DNA of 64,000 bases, from contig CP179888.1 in NCBI GenBank assembly GCA_047456305.1, positions 381,307-445,306 of the forward strand, read 5' to 3'. Positions 62,097 to 64,000 of this stretch are shown here, one piece after another. The notes under the pieces are model-generated. The model ran no database searches. It was given only the letters and a program-made list of their open reading frames with translations, and was not told the DNA's origin. Position numbers and translations under genes: made by a program. How positions within the stretch are numbered: position 1 is the first letter of the stretch; each line of letters opens with the position of its first letter. Source of the DNA: Candidatus Nealsonbacteria bacterium. Its GTDB lineage: Bacteria > Patescibacteriota > Minisyncoccia > Minisyncoccales > CAZKCU01.

Positions 62097-63415
62097 AAAA
62101 TTTAAGTAAAAGGAAAATTGTGGTTGCAATGTCTGGTGGGATAGATAGTTTCGTGGCGGCAACCCTTTTGAAAAGAGTTGGAGTCGATGAACTTCGTTCA
62201 TCTTCACGCACGAGCTCGTTAGAGCGAGTAAGAAAGAATTTTAATTCTTTCGGCTTCGCTAACGCTCGCGTTTTTGTCGATGAACTTCGTTCATCTTCAC
62301 GCTTCGCTAACGCTCGCGTTTTTGTCGATGAACTTCGTTCATCTTCACGCTTCGCTAACGCTCGCGTTTTTGATGTGGTGGGAGTTTTTATGAAACTTAC
62401 TGATCTGCCAAGGTTTAAAGAAAATGAAATGAGAGCTAAAAAAGTTGCTAAAATTCTGGGGATTCCGCTTTTAGTTTTAGATTTAAGAAGGGAATTTAAA
62501 GAAAGAGTTATTAATTTGTTTTTAAAAGAATATAAATTAGGACTAACTCCTAACCCTTGCATAGTCTGTAACAAAGAAATAAAATTTGGATTATTATTAG
62601 AAAAAGCTCTTTCTTTGAATGCAGACTGTATAGCTACTGGTCACTATGCAAGAATTCGAAAATTCGCTGTGTGTGAACAGTGGGCAAATTCGAAACGGAT
62701 TCGTTATTCGTTGATGACTGCTAAAGACAAAGAGAAAGACCAGTCTTATTTTTTATGGCAACTTAATCAAAAGCAATTAAAACATATTTTATTTCCCATC
62801 GGAGATTACACTAAAACTCAAGTTAGAATTATATCAAAAAAATTTAAATTGCCTGTTTTGAAAATTCCAGAATCTCAGGAAATTTGTTTTATTAAGACAA
62901 CTATAAATGATTTTTTAAAGAAATATCTCAAACCAAAACCCGGCCAAATTATTTACTCAACACCCAAGGTTAAGTATCGTGTAATTGGGCGACATCAAGG
63001 ATTAGCCTTTTATACTATTGGACAGCGAAAGGGGATAAAACTTCCCGGAGGACCATATTGGGTTTTGGATAAAGATTTGAAAAAGAATGCTTTAATTGTT
63101 ACCAAGAACGAAAAGGACTTATATAAAAAGGAATTGATTGCCAAGAAGGTTAACTGGATTTCTGGACTCCAACCCACCCTCCGCCCTCCCGCTCGCCAGA
63201 GGCGAGCGGGCCCCTGCCCCAAATTGCCATTAAAAATAAAGGCAAAAATTCGCTATCGTCACGAACCTGCTTCAGCCGTAATTACCCGAAGTTTAAAGTC
63301 TAAAGTTAGTTTAAGGTTTACTCAGCCCCAGCGGGCAATTACTCCTGGCCAGTCAGTAGTTTTTTACAAAGGTCAGGAAGTCTTGGGCGGAGGAGTAATT
63401 AGTGAGTCCTATTAA
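62093..63415 (+). CDS. mnmA: tRNA-specific 2-thiouridylase MnmA (about 80 aa longer than usual because of repeat insertions)
   Basis: PP-loop VVAMSGGIDSFVAA, TPNPCIVCNKEIKF, ATGHYAR, KDQSYFLW, ITPGQSVVFY...LGGGVI. Confidence 0.92.
   Translation: MKNLSKRKIVVAMSGGIDSFVAATLLKRVGVDELRSSSRTSSLERVRKNFNSFGFANARVFVDELRSSSRFANARVFVDELRSSSRFANARVFDVVGVFMKLTDLPRFKENEMRAKKVAKILGIPLLVLDLRREFKERVINLFLKEYKLGLTPNPCIVCNKEIKFGLLLEKALSLNADCIATGHYARIRKFAVCEQWANSKRIRYSLMTAKDKEKDQSYFLWQLNQKQLKHILFPIGDYTKTQVRIISKKFKLPVLKIPESQEICFIKTTINDFLKKYLKPKPGQIIYSTPKVKYRVIGRHQGLAFYTIGQRKGIKLPGGPYWVLDKDLKKNALIVTKNEKDLYKKELIAKKVNWISGLQPTLRPPARQRRAGPCPKLPLKIKAKIRYRHEPASAVITRSLKSKVSLRFTQPQRAITPGQSVVFYKGQEVLGGGVISESY
62183..62371 (+). 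repeat. three tandem family-A elements in frame in mnmA (the first carries a nested 45-nt insertion)
   Basis: GTCGATGAACTTCGTTCATCTTCACGCTTCGCTAACGCTCGCGTTTTT occurs at 62276-62323 and 62324-62371. Copy 1 (62183-62275) is interrupted by ACGAGCTCGTTAGAGCGAGTAAGAAAGAATTTTAATTCTTTCGG. Confidence 0.95.
62666..62687 (+). repeat. family-C core inside mnmA (in frame, AVCEQWAN)
   Basis: GCTGTGTGTGAACAGTGGGCAA. The same 22-mer, with 1-2 differences, occurs at 40341-40362 and on the reverse strand at 33274-33295. Confidence 0.8.
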
Positions 63416-63585
63416 AACAATTTCTATAAAAGGGAAAGACTCAACTTATATTATTGGAGGGAATAAAAATGGTTTAAATAAGAGATTTTTTGACTGTGGA
63501 TATTAAAACCTTGACAGACCATAGTTATGAATATATACTTATAACAGAAAGGTCGACTTTGTTTAAATTTAATTTTTAAAATACT

Positions 63586-63942
63586 ATGCCATTAGGAGAT
63601 AGAACAGGTCCAAGGGGACTTGGACCAATGACGGGAAGAGGATTAGGTTACTGCGCTGGCTATCCTTATCCTGGTTATCTGCACCCTTATGGATTTGGTC
63701 GGGGAAGAGGTTTTGGTCGAGGATGGGGCAGAGGATGGGGCAGAGGTTGGAGAGGGCCTGGTTGGTGGACGGTTCCACCTTATGACCTGGATTATCCTTA
63801 TTCACCTCAGTATCCTTTTCAACCACCAACACCAAAAGAAGAAAAAGGAATGCTAACAGAAGAACTGAAAGCATTGCGAGAAGAAATGAAAGCTATTGAA
63901 GAAAGAATGAAGGAATTAGAGACTAAGAAAAAGAAGAAGTAA
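63586..63942 (+). CDS. DUF5320-like protein with an RGW/RGF repeat and a C-terminal coiled coil
   Basis: The N-terminus MPLGDRTGPRGLGPMTGRGLGYCAGY is typical of DUF5320. It is followed by GRGRGFGRGWGRGWGRGWRG and EELKALREEMKAIEERMKELE. Confidence 0.6.
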   Translation: MPLGDRTGPRGLGPMTGRGLGYCAGYPYPGYLHPYGFGRGRGFGRGWGRGWGRGWRGPGWWTVPPYDLDYPYSPQYPFQPPTPKEEKGMLTEELKALREEMKAIEERMKELETKKKKK

Positions 63943-64000
63943 GAACCTTGCCTTCGGAGAGAACCTTGAATGTTTTCCTCGCTCGGCTCGAAAATCCATA

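Noticed and set aside
62074-62574. 166-aa minus-strand ORF containing a TRALAKREDERSSSTK repeat.
   Set aside because: It is the antisense reading of the family-A repeats inside mnmA. The elements are open in several frames, and the sense frame is a clearly conserved MnmA.
1-64000. Looked for CRISPR-cas, reverse transcriptase/DGR or retron components, transposases, integrases, prophage structural genes, toxin-antitoxin pairs and rRNA operons.
   Set aside because: None could be supported from the ORF translations or from repeat structure. The only clearly selfish protein-coding elements are the intein's LAGLIDADG endonuclease and the free-standing HNH gene.

Overview
This is a 64-kb window from a compact, low-G+C bacterial genome. 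Genes are tightly packed, often with ATGA or 1-nt overlaps, and nearly all start in an AT-rich context with no Shine-Dalgarno (SD) sequence. The gene content and style suggest a reduced-genome Patescibacteria/CPR-like organism, which is inference only since no rRNA gene is present.

Layout from start to end:
- 1-5 kb: an accessory region holding two unknown membrane proteins and a tightly coupled ParB/DGQHR-like plus HEPN-like gene pair.
- 5-12.5 kb: a wHTH regulator, an ECF sigma factor, an HNH endonuclease and an anti-sigma-like gene. These are followed by a highly acidic peptidoglycan (PG)-binding surface protein, a nonsense-disrupted GxxExxY nuclease gene flanked by phased heptamer arrays, and a secreted MA-type peptidase.
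- 12.5-27.9 kb: a surface-glycan cluster (Wzy-like x2, Wzx, Wzz, priming transferase, GT4 x2, GT26, RGP-like GT, GDP-mannose-3,5-epimerase-like gene, cytidylyltransferase). Two of its methyltransferase genes are each broken at a poly-C tract.
- 28-34 kb: murB, hpf, and a minus-strand operon for an acyl-CoA-dehydratase-activase-related system whose ATPase carries a 415-aa LAGLIDADG intein.
- 34-52 kb: housekeeping genes. These are secA, secD, secF, a sigma-region-4/HARE-HTH protein, a membrane protein plus TraD/VirD4-like ATPase pair, pgk, a recJ-like gene, rnhA, RNase P RNA, murJ, ftsB, two tRNAs, prfB with its +1 frameshift, ftsE, ftsX and tRNA-Gln.
- 54.4-57.5 kb: a higher-G+C island with strong SD sites encoding a fused LeuC-LeuD-like dehydratase and a LeuB-like dehydrogenase.
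- 57.8-64 kb: a membrane-tethered PIN-like protein, an ATP-cone protein, sufC, sufBD, mnmA and a DUF5320-like protein.

The most striking signal not explained by the genes is several families of short GC-rich hairpin repeats. They lie between genes and also in frame inside conserved housekeeping genes (murB, mnmA, recJ-like, pgk and others), much like Rickettsia palindromic elements. I found no rRNA, no CRISPR array, and no transposase or integrase.
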